A stretch of 64,000 nucleotides of DNA, from NCBI GenBank assembly GCA_030065825.1, contig JASJCY010000029.1:2548-66547 (forward strand), in the 5' to 3' direction. Each line of letters opens with the position of its first letter. The stretch's first letter is position 1. A program made the position numbers and the translations under genes. The notes under the pieces are model-generated. The model did not search any database and had not been told where the DNA came from. It was given only the letters and a program-made list of their open reading frames with translations. This DNA comes from Nostocaceae cyanobacterium (lineage in GTDB: Bacteria > Cyanobacteriota > Cyanobacteriia > Cyanobacteriales > Nostocaceae). Below are positions 31,735 through 42,782 of the stretch, piece after piece.

Positions 31735-32292
31735 CTAGTTATTTGCAATTACCAGACACTCGTTTTCAACTTTACTTAGCATATCTTTAAAAGCAGGAGT
31801 ATAGCGACCATCTTTGTCTACAATTTTTTGGAGTGTATAATCACCAATTCCTGGAATTAGACGGAACCAGAGATTCTTGCGTTTCCAAGTATCCCCATTG
31901 TGAGAGTTTTCATCTTGACACATTGTGAAATCTACAATCCATTTAGGAGTGGGTATACCAAATGTCAGGGGTATGATTTGCGCTATCCTCAAAGTTTCGT
32001 CTTCAAATTGAATTTTGTAGGTTAAGCGAGTCAACCAAACAGCAAGAAGTAATAATTGTCCTGGAATAGAGTTGTGAAAAGTCCATTGTACCTCTGCAAA
32101 TACTGGTAGAAACAAAGTTAATTTTTCTGCATCCCATTCTGAGTTATACATAAAAGTCATGCAATCATCTGGAAGTGGATTCCCATCCATAAAAAATACA
32201 CCTTTGAGGATGTCTGGTAAGTTAGTTTCTTTAGTTGGCTTTATCCAGGTTGCGATGTTATCAAGTTGCTGCTTTTCAATTTTTAGAATCAT
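31735..32292 (-). CDS. Hypothetical 185-aa soluble protein, co-oriented downstream of the P450 and lipoxygenase genes
   Basis: Clean ORF with no family recognised. It is separated from the P450 stop by ~300 bp of heptamer repeats. Confidence 0.5.
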   Translation of the reverse strand: MILKIEKQQLDNIATWIKPTKETNLPDILKGVFFMDGNPLPDDCMTFMYNSEWDAEKLTLFLPVFAEVQWTFHNSIPGQLLLLAVWLTRLTYKIQFEDETLRIAQIIPLTFGIPTPKWIVDFTMCQDENSHNGDTWKRKNLWFRLIPGIGDYTLQKIVDKDGRYTPAFKDMLSKVENECLVIANN

Positions 32293-32299
32293 GATTTAA

Positions 32300-32575
32300 G
32301 AATAGTTAGAAGTTTGGAGTTTGGAGTTTGGAGTTTGGAGTTTGGAATTGTTCCAGACACGACATATCGGGTCTGTACTGAATTTGGAATTAGGAGTTTG
32401 GAATTAGGAGTTTGGAATTAGGAGTTTGGAATTAGGAGTTTGGAGTTTGCAGTTTGCAGTTTGGAATTAGGAGTTTGGAATTAGGAGTTTAGAGTTTGGA
32501 GTTTGGAGTTTGGAGTTTGCAATTAGAAGTTTGGAGTTTGGAGTTATGAGTTAGGAATTTAGAATCTAAGACTGA
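32300..32575. repeat. Heptamer STRR-like tract (AGTTTGG / AATTAGG variants)
   Basis: Seen directly. There is a small embedded unique segment at ~32350-32385. Confidence 0.9.
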
Positions 32576-32596
32576 TAACTCCAAATTTATTAATCT

Positions 32597-33940
32597 TTAA
32601 GAACGCGCAAATCCTTTTAAAACTAAATCATTAGGAGTGACATTAGTAAATCTTTCAAATTCCCACTTAACTTCTGTAAATGATTCCCATTTATATTTCT
32701 TAAACAGATATAAACAGAAGATATTAATTAACCCAATAGCAAGACTTCTTCCCGGACAAACTCGTTCATGTTCGTAACCATTCCAGGATAAAATATCCGA
32801 AAAGTCTCGTTCAATATCAAAGCTATCTGGATTTTCATATCTTTGCGCATCTCTATTAGCAGTGAAGATAGAAGCAACTAAACGAGTACCTTTTTGGAAT
32901 GGACATTTGACTTCACCAAAATCAATTTCTCCTTCTTCTTGACTAAGTTGACCGACAAATCTTACTGGTGGATAAAGACGAGCAGTTTCTAGAATTATTT
33001 GATTAATAATAATTGAATTTGAGAGAGCATTTTCATTCAATATTTCTTGCTCACCCCAAACAGCATTCACTTCTGTAATTACCTTATTTCTTAACTCTTC
33101 ATCCAAGCACAAAACCCCAATCACAGAACCCAAAAGCGCACTTGTACCAGCAGTTCCAGCAATATGAATCATGTCGAAAAGTGAATTGCTGATTTGGTGT
33201 TCATTCAGTTGATATTTAGCACCTGTTTCTAAATAAGATGACCATTTGGGAGATTGTTTATATCTTTGAGTTAAATGCTTACGATGTCTAATTACCGGTG
33301 CTGTTAATACCCATAGTAGATACTTAGTGACAAAATTGGGTAAGCTTATCAGACCTATACGTTGAAGAAAATTAACTGATCCGGTCATTTCTAGCTCAGA
33401 TAATGACATTTGGAAAACCAGTTGATGCAAAATTACCAACATCATCTTTGGTAAATCACTAATATGTAATTCACCTTTATTAGCTGCTGTGGCTAAACAT
33501 TTATCGACTAAATTACCCAAAAGTTCCACATTTTCAGATGGTTCTGGTAAAGCTTGCAAAGATACAGCACGAGTACCTGTATGTTCCCTACCATTCATTC
33601 CCAAACTGAGTGGATTATTGAGCAGATAACTAGGGGCTAATACCTTAAAAATACCTAAATCATTTCCCCGTAATTGAGGTTCTACTTGCATCAATTTCTT
33701 AACTTCAGCGTGAGAAGTATATATAATTGCTTGCTCTAAGGCAAAAAATTTGTCTCCAATATTTTCCTTGGCTGTATACAGAAAACTCTTCAATTTTTGG
33801 AGAATGACAAAGGCATCCAGATAATAAAGCCGCAAGCGCAGCAGTTTACCAATTCTACTGTTGTAACCGACTTTTGCTAAAGTCTGTGAAAGTCTAATTT
33901 GGCGTTTATGTGCCTGAATAACTTGTTCTTTGATTGACAT
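32597..33940 (-). CDS. Cytochrome P450-like protein with an atypical Cys-ligand loop
   Basis: It has the ExxR motif (ETARLYPPV), the Cys loop WNGYEHERVCPGRSLAIG (which lacks the canonical FxxGxRxCxG spacing) and an I-helix-like HIAGTAGTSALLG. The start lies 63 bp downstream of the lipoxygenase stop. Confidence 0.7.
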   Translation of the reverse strand: MSIKEQVIQAHKRQIRLSQTLAKVGYNSRIGKLLRLRLYYLDAFVILQKLKSFLYTAKENIGDKFFALEQAIIYTSHAEVKKLMQVEPQLRGNDLGIFKVLAPSYLLNNPLSLGMNGREHTGTRAVSLQALPEPSENVELLGNLVDKCLATAANKGELHISDLPKMMLVILHQLVFQMSLSELEMTGSVNFLQRIGLISLPNFVTKYLLWVLTAPVIRHRKHLTQRYKQSPKWSSYLETGAKYQLNEHQISNSLFDMIHIAGTAGTSALLGSVIGVLCLDEELRNKVITEVNAVWGEQEILNENALSNSIIINQIILETARLYPPVRFVGQLSQEEGEIDFGEVKCPFQKGTRLVASIFTANRDAQRYENPDSFDIERDFSDILSWNGYEHERVCPGRSLAIGLINIFCLYLFKKYKWESFTEVKWEFERFTNVTPNDLVLKGFARS

Positions 33941-34003
33941 AATTTCCCTGTACTATTTAAATAATCAAGATAGATTTTAGGCAGAAAAAGTAACCATCAT
34001 CTC

Positions 34004-35938
34004 CTAAATATTAATACTTTGAGGAATTTTAGTAGGAAGTAGATATTCATATTTGGGACGCTTTTTATTGCGTTCTGTGATGATTTTTTCAATCTCCTGT
34101 AGATTCTTCTGAAATCCCTGCAAAGCTGCTTTGACCGAAGAATCTTGAAAATGTTCTTCAGGGTAATAACTCAGTTGATTGTAATAAATAGACCCCAGTA
34201 AATACCCCAAGTTTAATTGTCCTTGTGCCTGTTCTAGGGGTGGGAGTAAATTTAAATAGTCCTGTTTTTTCACCTCACCTTTGAGAAGGGATATTGGCTG
34301 ATAACCAGCTGTAGGCACCGCTGGGGCATAGCTCATTATATCTTTCTGGGGAAAGTTAACCGCAGCATGTTGGGCACTAGCAGTGAAAATAATCAGGGTT
34401 ATAGCATCAATGAGGTAACCTAAAGTCTGTATGCCTCCATCTTTTTCACCAAAATCAGGAACTCGTCCACCATCATAGGCACCAGCTTCCCTAGCCCAAG
34501 CTTGAAGATAAGTATCATTTTGCACATCTTGGTCACTTTGATAGTAAATGCTCAAATAGTCCGATACCCATTGATGAATCGCATCCCAAATTAGTAAGGC
34601 ATCATCCCGGTAAGGATATACTGGTAACATTTTGGTGTCATCTACACCGCGTTTTTGCAGTTGCTTTGCTAACATCGCTTCATTGAAGCCATAGCTTTGT
34701 AAACCAACTGCTGCTAAAACCCGGGAATTATCAATAGTTGATGACAGTAGTTGATCTACACCACCACCAGGAGCAATTAGAGAACTTTGAGCTGCATCAT
34801 TTATCGCTAAAGTACCCTCAAAATGAGGACGAAGTAGTAAACTTAAGGGATGATTATCCAGTAATTGACGATGAGTGGCGATCGCAAATGGACCAACAAA
34901 TAGGTGAGTTCTCCCCAAATGGGTTACAGCTTCGTGAAAATTCACATCTGCTATCTGCACAATGGTTTTGGCAAATAGCCAAGCATATTTATCGGATTTG
35001 GGGGTCACAATAGGGACATCTCCTGGATTTTGGCTGCACTGAATGGCTACTGGACGCATCAGGGTTGATTCATCTGCACCCTTGGGGACTGCAAATAATG
35101 CTAAGGGAGCATAAATATATTTTTGCTCTTTGGGAAAGGTTCCGTTAACTGCTCCTGCTAAAATTCCATAATCAGCTAGATAAAGTCTTCCTTGTTCTCC
35201 TGCTGCTGCTAAGGAATCATCGCTTCCCATTACTTCTTGATATTGAGTCTCTGTAACTGGAAACCTATCTCCCAGTTTGTTTACCCGCTCAATCATCACC
35301 GGATTATAGCCAGCAACCCGCATATAGGCAAAAACTTCATCATCCTGGAAATTACTGGCTATCTCTGGTAAATCCATATAGGGAAACAAGTTTTTATACT
35401 CCTGTATATCCTGTACATGTCCTGTAGGACGTCCTTGAAACAGAAGTTTGAGAATCCGGTTTAAAGAATCTTGAAAAATTGAAAGTCCCGTGGTTTTGAG
35501 TATCAAGAAGAATAAGTCATCCAGTTCTTTATAATCTTTGGAGAATCCTTTGAGTATTAACTGGGGGAAAATTTGTAGGAACCTGCCAATAACGCTGATT
35601 TGGAAAGGTATGGCTCCTTTTAGTAATACTTCCAGGATAAACATCCTCACATCATCCCTAACCTCCATCGAACCTTGATTTCCCCGGTTCGTAATCAAGC
35701 TATTCACAAAGGTAATCTTTAGTTGCTTAGCTAATAAACGAAACCAACCAGTAGAGAAGTTTTCCCCATCCGGAAGCTTATCCACCATAGCAATGGGTGG
35801 TATGCGAGTATAGCTATATTTATATTTACCCCTTGCAACTTCCAATGTCCTACTAGATATCAAATTTTCTCCTTGGTTTGGTAATCCAGAATTCATAACC
35901 AATTCTCCTTGTATCTCAACTATTGAATAAGACTTCAA
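34004..35938 (-). CDS. Lipoxygenase (iron type)
   Basis: WLFAKTIVQIADVNFHEAVTHLGRTHL carries the His-x4-His ligands, SAQHAAVNFPQ carries the His/Asn ligands, and the C-terminus ends ...IPQSINI with the terminal Ile ligand. An alternative start lies at Met15 (35896). Confidence 0.88.
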   Translation of the reverse strand: MKSYSIVEIQGELVMNSGLPNQGENLISSRTLEVARGKYKYSYTRIPPIAMVDKLPDGENFSTGWFRLLAKQLKITFVNSLITNRGNQGSMEVRDDVRMFILEVLLKGAIPFQISVIGRFLQIFPQLILKGFSKDYKELDDLFFLILKTTGLSIFQDSLNRILKLLFQGRPTGHVQDIQEYKNLFPYMDLPEIASNFQDDEVFAYMRVAGYNPVMIERVNKLGDRFPVTETQYQEVMGSDDSLAAAGEQGRLYLADYGILAGAVNGTFPKEQKYIYAPLALFAVPKGADESTLMRPVAIQCSQNPGDVPIVTPKSDKYAWLFAKTIVQIADVNFHEAVTHLGRTHLFVGPFAIATHRQLLDNHPLSLLLRPHFEGTLAINDAAQSSLIAPGGGVDQLLSSTIDNSRVLAAVGLQSYGFNEAMLAKQLQKRGVDDTKMLPVYPYRDDALLIWDAIHQWVSDYLSIYYQSDQDVQNDTYLQAWAREAGAYDGGRVPDFGEKDGGIQTLGYLIDAITLIIFTASAQHAAVNFPQKDIMSYAPAVPTAGYQPISLLKGEVKKQDYLNLLPPLEQAQGQLNLGYLLGSIYYNQLSYYPEEHFQDSSVKAALQGFQKNLQEIEKIITERNKKRPKYEYLLPTKIPQSINI

Positions 35939-36019
35939 AAGTTAAATCGCAAAAAACGCTTATCTTAATATTTCTTAATAAACTCTGTCTGCAAAATAGG
36001 GAATAAGTAAACTTTTATT

Positions 36020-36180
36020 GCAATTTACAAAAATGATATTTCTCTCCAGTTTCCGAACATTTGTACTAAAAAGTCTCATTTGCGACTAACGAGATTTCAA
36101 TGGTTACAGCAGCATATTTTGTGCTATAATTGGAATCGAGTGGGTTGTCCTGCGCATTTTTTTATGATGATTTCATGACA
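36020..36180 (+). repeat. Copy D of the promoter-bearing dispersed repeat family, ~100 bp upstream of fabG
   Basis: ...ACGAGATTTCAATG-GTTACA-N16-TATAAT...GGGTTGTCCTGCGCATTTTTTTATGATGATTTCATGACA. Confidence 0.75.
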
Positions 36181-36278
36181 TAAGCATGTCATTGTTTATT
36201 GATATTTATCCAGAAAATTTTCTAGTTCCAAATCACCCTATGATAAATAACACGGTGAATTGAAAACACTAAGGAATA

Positions 36279-37040
36279 ATGGAAATATTGCCAGAAAATT
36301 TGCAAACTTTGCACGGACAGGTGGCAATTATCACAGGTGCGTCCCGAGGAATTGGCAGAGCGATCGCTCAAGAATTAGCAAAGTACGGTGCAAGTGTAGT
36401 TATTAATTATGCCAGTTCGAGTCAGGCAGCAGAGGAACTAGTTACAGAAATTACTTCGGCTGGAGGAAGTGCCATTGCTGTGCAAGCTGACGTTTCCAAA
36501 GGGGAACAGGTAGATGCTTTGGTAAAGAGCGTCATGGAAAAGTTTAGTCGTGTGGATATTTTGGTGAATAACGCCGGAATTACCAAGGACACCTTGCTGT
36601 TGCGGATGAAGCCAGAAGACTGGCAAGCAGTGATTGACCTGAATTTGACTGGTGTATTTTTATGTACTCGCGCCATCAGTAAAATCATGCTGAAGCAGAA
36701 ATCCGGACGAATTGTGAATATAGCCTCCGTAGCTGGACAAATGGGTAACCCCGGACAAGCAAACTATAGCGCTGCTAAAGCCGGGGTAATTGGTTTTACC
36801 AAAACCGTAGCCAAAGAATTTGCTTCCCGTGGCATTACGGTCAATGCTGTAGCCCCTGGTTTTATCGCCACCGACATGACTAGCGAACTCAAATCGGAAG
36901 ATATCCTCCAATTTATTCCTTTGGGTCGCTATGGTCAACCAGAGGAAATTGCAGGCATGGTGCGCTTTCTAGCTGCGGATAAGGCTGCGGCATATATTAC
37001 TGGACAGGTGTTTAATGTTGATGGCGGTATGGTGATGTGA
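36279..37040 (+). CDS. fabG: 3-oxoacyl-[acyl-carrier-protein] reductase
   Basis: This is an SDR with TGASRGIGRAIA, NNAG and YSAAKAGVIGFTK motifs, and the FabG-type C-terminus GQVFNVDGGMVM. Confidence 0.88.
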   Translation: MEILPENLQTLHGQVAIITGASRGIGRAIAQELAKYGASVVINYASSSQAAEELVTEITSAGGSAIAVQADVSKGEQVDALVKSVMEKFSRVDILVNNAGITKDTLLLRMKPEDWQAVIDLNLTGVFLCTRAISKIMLKQKSGRIVNIASVAGQMGNPGQANYSAAKAGVIGFTKTVAKEFASRGITVNAVAPGFIATDMTSELKSEDILQFIPLGRYGQPEEIAGMVRFLAADKAAAYITGQVFNVDGGMVM

Positions 37041-37176
37041 TTGGTGATGGGTAATGGGTGATGGGTAATGGGTAATTGGTAATTGGTAATTGGTAATTGG
37101 TAATTGGTAATTGGTAATTGGTAATTGGTAATTTGGCGCCTCATGGGCGCAAGCATTGCGCCCCTACGCGCCTCCC
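37041..37176. repeat. GGTAATT heptamer tract plus the palindrome GGGCGCAAGCATTGCGCCCCTACGCGCC
   Basis: Seen directly. It lies between the convergent fabG and GT4 genes. Confidence 0.9.
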
Positions 37177-38255
37177 TAATTCTTCCGCATTTTGTGCCAG
37201 ACGGTAAAGCCTAACAGGAGGATAATACTTAGGGTAGTAGTAAGTATTACTACCATAGTCATCCCTTTAATTCTCATTGCCAGCCAGTTGCACATCAAGG
37301 CAATTGACCACAAAATCAAAGCCGCACGACGCTGGGATAAACCCCAGGCAAGCAAGCGGTGATGTAAGTGGTCTTTACCGGGGGTGCTAAGGGGGTTTTT
37401 CCCTGCCATCAGCCGTCTGACAAATACTTGGGTGGTGTCTAATACTGGTAAAAGCAAAAACAACACCGGAGGCACTAGGGAGAAAATTGTAGTCACCTGC
37501 AAATCTCCCAAGATGGCTGTAGCCGCTAGCACATAGCCAAAAAAGTATGCCCCGGCATCACCCATAATGATGTGAGAGGGGTGGAAATTATGGCGTAGGA
37601 AACCCAGCGCAGCACCTCCCAAAGCTGCCAAAACCAACGTAGCTGCTGCCCAATTGGGATATTGAGCTGACACGGCTAGCAAACTCATGGCAGTGATAAA
37701 ACTCACCCCTCCTGCTAAGCCGTCCATACCATCCATCAAGTTGATGGCGTTGGTAATTCCTACTACCCACAGCACCGTCACCAATATGGAAATGAGAGAG
37801 TCAACAGGTGTGCCAAAAGTGACATCAATGCTGATGCGATTAGAAACCAACAACAGCGCTGTGAAAATTTGCACAAATAAACGGACTACGGGGGGTAAAC
37901 CAAATTGGTCATCGATAAAGCCCACGAGAACTAAAATCGAACCCCCTAGGAGGACTGTCTGTACTTGAGCTAAGACATTTTGCAGTTCTATGGGTCGTAG
38001 GAGGCTAGCGAGGATAATTGCTGCCACCACCCCCGCATAAATAGCCAAACCGCCAGCATTGGGCAGAGGTTCTCGATTCAAGCGACGGGCATTTGGTTGA
38101 TCTGCCCAACCCACCCGCAAGGCAAATTTGCGGACTGCGGGAATCAAGCGCCATGTAACAGCCCAAGCTAATAAAAATGTAAATACTACCGCCAACCAGC
38201 CGGAACCGCCAGGTTCAGCAATTCCGATTGCTTTGAGGGAGCTGTAAATATCCAT
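37176..38255 (-). CDS. Glycosyltransferase family 4 polyprenyl-phosphate sugar-1-phosphate transferase (WecA/MraY superfamily, WecA-like)
   Basis: About 10 TM segments, with the motifs NAINLMDGMDGLAGG and IIMGDAGAYFFGY. Confidence 0.8.
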   Translation of the reverse strand: MDIYSSLKAIGIAEPGGSGWLAVVFTFLLAWAVTWRLIPAVRKFALRVGWADQPNARRLNREPLPNAGGLAIYAGVVAAIILASLLRPIELQNVLAQVQTVLLGGSILVLVGFIDDQFGLPPVVRLFVQIFTALLLVSNRISIDVTFGTPVDSLISILVTVLWVVGITNAINLMDGMDGLAGGVSFITAMSLLAVSAQYPNWAAATLVLAALGGAALGFLRHNFHPSHIIMGDAGAYFFGYVLAATAILGDLQVTTIFSLVPPVLFLLLPVLDTTQVFVRRLMAGKNPLSTPGKDHLHHRLLAWGLSQRRAALILWSIALMCNWLAMRIKGMTMVVILTTTLSIILLLGFTVWHKMRKN

Positions 38256-38413
38256 CTCCCAATTCCAGTATTAGTACTAATGTTTATTTAATTTCGGGAT
38301 CACATGTATATTAATCAATTTTTTTCCATTTAACTCTAACTTGATTGAGAAAGAGTATTAGCACTCTTGGCATCTGAGTGCTAAATTGTCTAATGGAAGC
38401 GATAGAGAAGTAA

Positions 38414-40090
<1,677 letters not shown>

Positions 40091-40119
40091 CCCCTATCAA
40101 AATAATACGGGAGCGTGAG

Positions 40120-40445
40120 AACCCCTAGCTTTTAAGCAGGGGATGTAGGCGCAGCCTTCCCGCAGGGTAACGCGACGCGACGGGTTTTAACCCGGCGTTT
40201 TCAGTGATAGACTAGAAAATATTCTCCTAACTCAGGATGAAAAACTCCAAAAACAAAACGTGTTAGCAGAATTGAAAGACCCAAAAGTAGCCGCACAGCC
40301 ACGAAAAATGGTCGAGGCGGGTAGAACTGTTTGAGCCAGTCAAAGCCCCTTTGGGGGCAGAACAACGTTACGGAGTGGGGCTTTAGCCCACGTAGTAACA
40401 ACAGTTCGGAATCCTGGTTTTTCAAAGCCAGGAGAGTTCAATTTA
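40120..40445 (+). other. Orphan IS200/IS605-type right-end / omega-RNA-like segment (no tnpB)
   Basis: Two terminal-hairpin motifs have the same architecture as the TnpB fragment's RE: GAGAACCCCTAGCTTTTAAGCAGGGGATGTAGG (~40125-40160) and GAATCCTGGTTTTTCAAAGCCAGGAGAGTTCAA (~40408-40442). About 250 bp of structured sequence lies between them. Confidence 0.4.
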
Positions 40446-40764
40446 ACCCTAATATTTTATAAAGTATAAACAGTTTGTCTTCATCAGACAAGCTGTTTTT
40501 TTCTTTGATGTTTTGAGATGATCAACCCAGACATCATAAACTTATATCTTGTACCAAAGTATTAATACGGAATTTTAATTGTTTGAATAAACATATATTT
40601 TTCTCAATAACACGATAAATTAGGTTTTTGAGCCTGTGTAGGCAGAGAGAAGTTGGGGGTATCGGTTTGGGTCCCACCAAACTTCGGAGCTTAGATTGTA
40701 TGGTTCCTGACCCTTATAGAGTCGAGGTGCAAAATGTCAGATAAACGCCATTAGGTAAAAGCCC

Positions 40765-41904
40765 ATGGTTAAAAAGCGTCGTCAGCGTTCATCCAAAACC
40801 AAAAGCAAAAAAAAGCAGGAATTTTATCACCAACCAAGGAAGATGCCGGGAACAATTATTATTGACGAAAATGCTGAAAGTTCTTCTATGTATTTGATTG
40901 AATATAATTTGACAGAAGTCATTTATCAGCCAATTAAAACACCAGAAGAATGTAGTAATTTTCTGGATAAAACATCAATTTCTTGGATAGATGTACGTGG
41001 TTTGGGTACTGAAGATATCTTGCAAAAGATGGGAGTAGTTTTTGATTTACATCCTTTGGTATTAGAGGATGTTATTAACGTGGTAGAACGCCCAAAAATA
41101 GAAGAACATGAAGGGCAATTAGTGATTATTGTCCGTATGGTAATACCAAAAAAAAATGATGGTTTTCATAGTGAACAAGTCAGCATGATATTGGGAGAAA
41201 ATTACCTGTTGACATTACAAGAGGAACCAGAACATGATTGTTTTAGTCCAGTAAGGCTGAGAATTCGTTATAACAAAGGCATCATTCGTAAACGGGGAGT
41301 TGATTATTTAGTTTACGCACTCTTGGATGCCATTATTGATGGTTTTTTCCCTGTGTTAGAGATGTATGGAGAAAGAATTGAAGATTTAGAATCAGAAGCA
41401 ATTTTTAATCCCAGCCGCGAAACACTACAAAAAATATATAGAATTCGCCGAGAATTACTACAATTACGTCGTAGTATTTGGCCCCAGCGGAATGTGATTA
41501 ATTCGTTAATTCGAGATAGTAATGAATTAATTAGTGATGAAGTCAGAATTTACCTGCGAGATTGTTACGATCATACAGTACAGGTTATGGATATGGTAGA
41601 AACTTACCGAGAACTTTCTTCTAGTTTAATGGATGTATATTTGTCAGCAGTTGGGAATAAAATGAATGAAATTATGAAGGTATTAACTGTAGTTTCATCT
41701 ATCTTTATTCCCTTGACTTTTATTGCTGGAATATATGGGATGAATTTCAATACGCAAAAATCACCGTATAATATGCCTGAACTAAATTGGTATTGGGGTT
41801 ATCCCCTTTGCTTGACACTAATGGTAATTATCGCCATTAGCTTGCTTGTATTTTTTTGGAAACGAGGCTGGTTAGAAAATTCTTCGACGATTAAACATGA
41901 TTAA
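40765..41904 (+). CDS. corA: CorA-family magnesium/cobalt transporter
   Basis: YGMNF signature, two C-terminal TM helices and a large acidic N-terminal domain. Confidence 0.9.
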   Translation: MVKKRRQRSSKTKSKKKQEFYHQPRKMPGTIIIDENAESSSMYLIEYNLTEVIYQPIKTPEECSNFLDKTSISWIDVRGLGTEDILQKMGVVFDLHPLVLEDVINVVERPKIEEHEGQLVIIVRMVIPKKNDGFHSEQVSMILGENYLLTLQEEPEHDCFSPVRLRIRYNKGIIRKRGVDYLVYALLDAIIDGFFPVLEMYGERIEDLESEAIFNPSRETLQKIYRIRRELLQLRRSIWPQRNVINSLIRDSNELISDEVRIYLRDCYDHTVQVMDMVETYRELSSSLMDVYLSAVGNKMNEIMKVLTVVSSIFIPLTFIAGIYGMNFNTQKSPYNMPELNWYWGYPLCLTLMVIIAISLLVFFWKRGWLENSSTIKHD

Positions 41905-41971
41905 ATATTGGCAATCACTCATCGTCATTGACAATCAACAGTATATACACAAATAGTTAACATTTTAGATC

Positions 41972-42634
41972 ATGAACACTACTGCTGACCAAAATTTACT
42001 TGTTTTGACACTGTACATCATCGGGGTCATTTATACGTTTAATCGGATGATTGACTCAATTGCTGACAAAATTAAAATTGAGTTCGACCCGAAAAAGACT
42101 GTTGCTGAACAATTGAAAAAAGCTGAACTCGAAGACAAAATAGAGATTTCTTTCGGGATGAATGCTATGTACTCTCTAGATGAGTTAAAAGAGTTATCCC
42201 TGAGTCTGAAAAATAAATCTAAGGAGTTGGTTGTATATGTTGACTGGGATAATAGTTCTTTTGTGGGAGTTGATGGGCGATCGCGACGATTAATTCGCAA
42301 GTCACCTGGCATGATTCGCGACCTTGCTGTATCCCAAACACCAAGTCCAATTGTTCCTGAGAAAACCCTCAAAGAAACAGTGACGGCAGAAGATGCTCTC
42401 AAGCGGGAAGAAAATGGAACTTATACCGTAGACAGTCCCATTGCTACTATCCCAGGGTTGAAGAAGGGTGTAAAGCAAAGCAATTTTTCTGTAGATTTAG
42501 TGTTACGGATATCTGAAGCTGCTTACGGTGTCGCTTACGGTAAAAATATTCCTCCTGTATGTAGCATTAATTGTCCCTTTAATGTCACCAAACTACATTG
42601 GACTTATGCTTTACCTTGGAATAAAAAGCGGTAA
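41972..42634 (+). CDS. Hypothetical protein with an N-terminal TM anchor
   Basis: 220-aa ORF containing a HIP1 site. No family recognised. Confidence 0.5.
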   Translation: MNTTADQNLLVLTLYIIGVIYTFNRMIDSIADKIKIEFDPKKTVAEQLKKAELEDKIEISFGMNAMYSLDELKELSLSLKNKSKELVVYVDWDNSSFVGVDGRSRRLIRKSPGMIRDLAVSQTPSPIVPEKTLKETVTAEDALKREENGTYTVDSPIATIPGLKKGVKQSNFSVDLVLRISEAAYGVAYGKNIPPVCSINCPFNVTKLHWTYALPWNKKR

Positions 42635-42782
42635 TGGGTAAAACAGGGAACAGGGAATAGGGAATAGGGAATAGGGAACAGGGAATAGGGAATAGGGAGT
42701 AGTATATGTAGGGTGCGTTACGGACTTCCTCCTAACGCAACCTTCTAAAATCTGCGATTGTTTACGTAAATATATTGGAAAT

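Noticed and set aside
40201-40425. 74-aa minus-strand ORF downstream of groEL
   Set aside because: It lies in the hairpin-rich IS605-like remnant. It has no start context or recognisable family.
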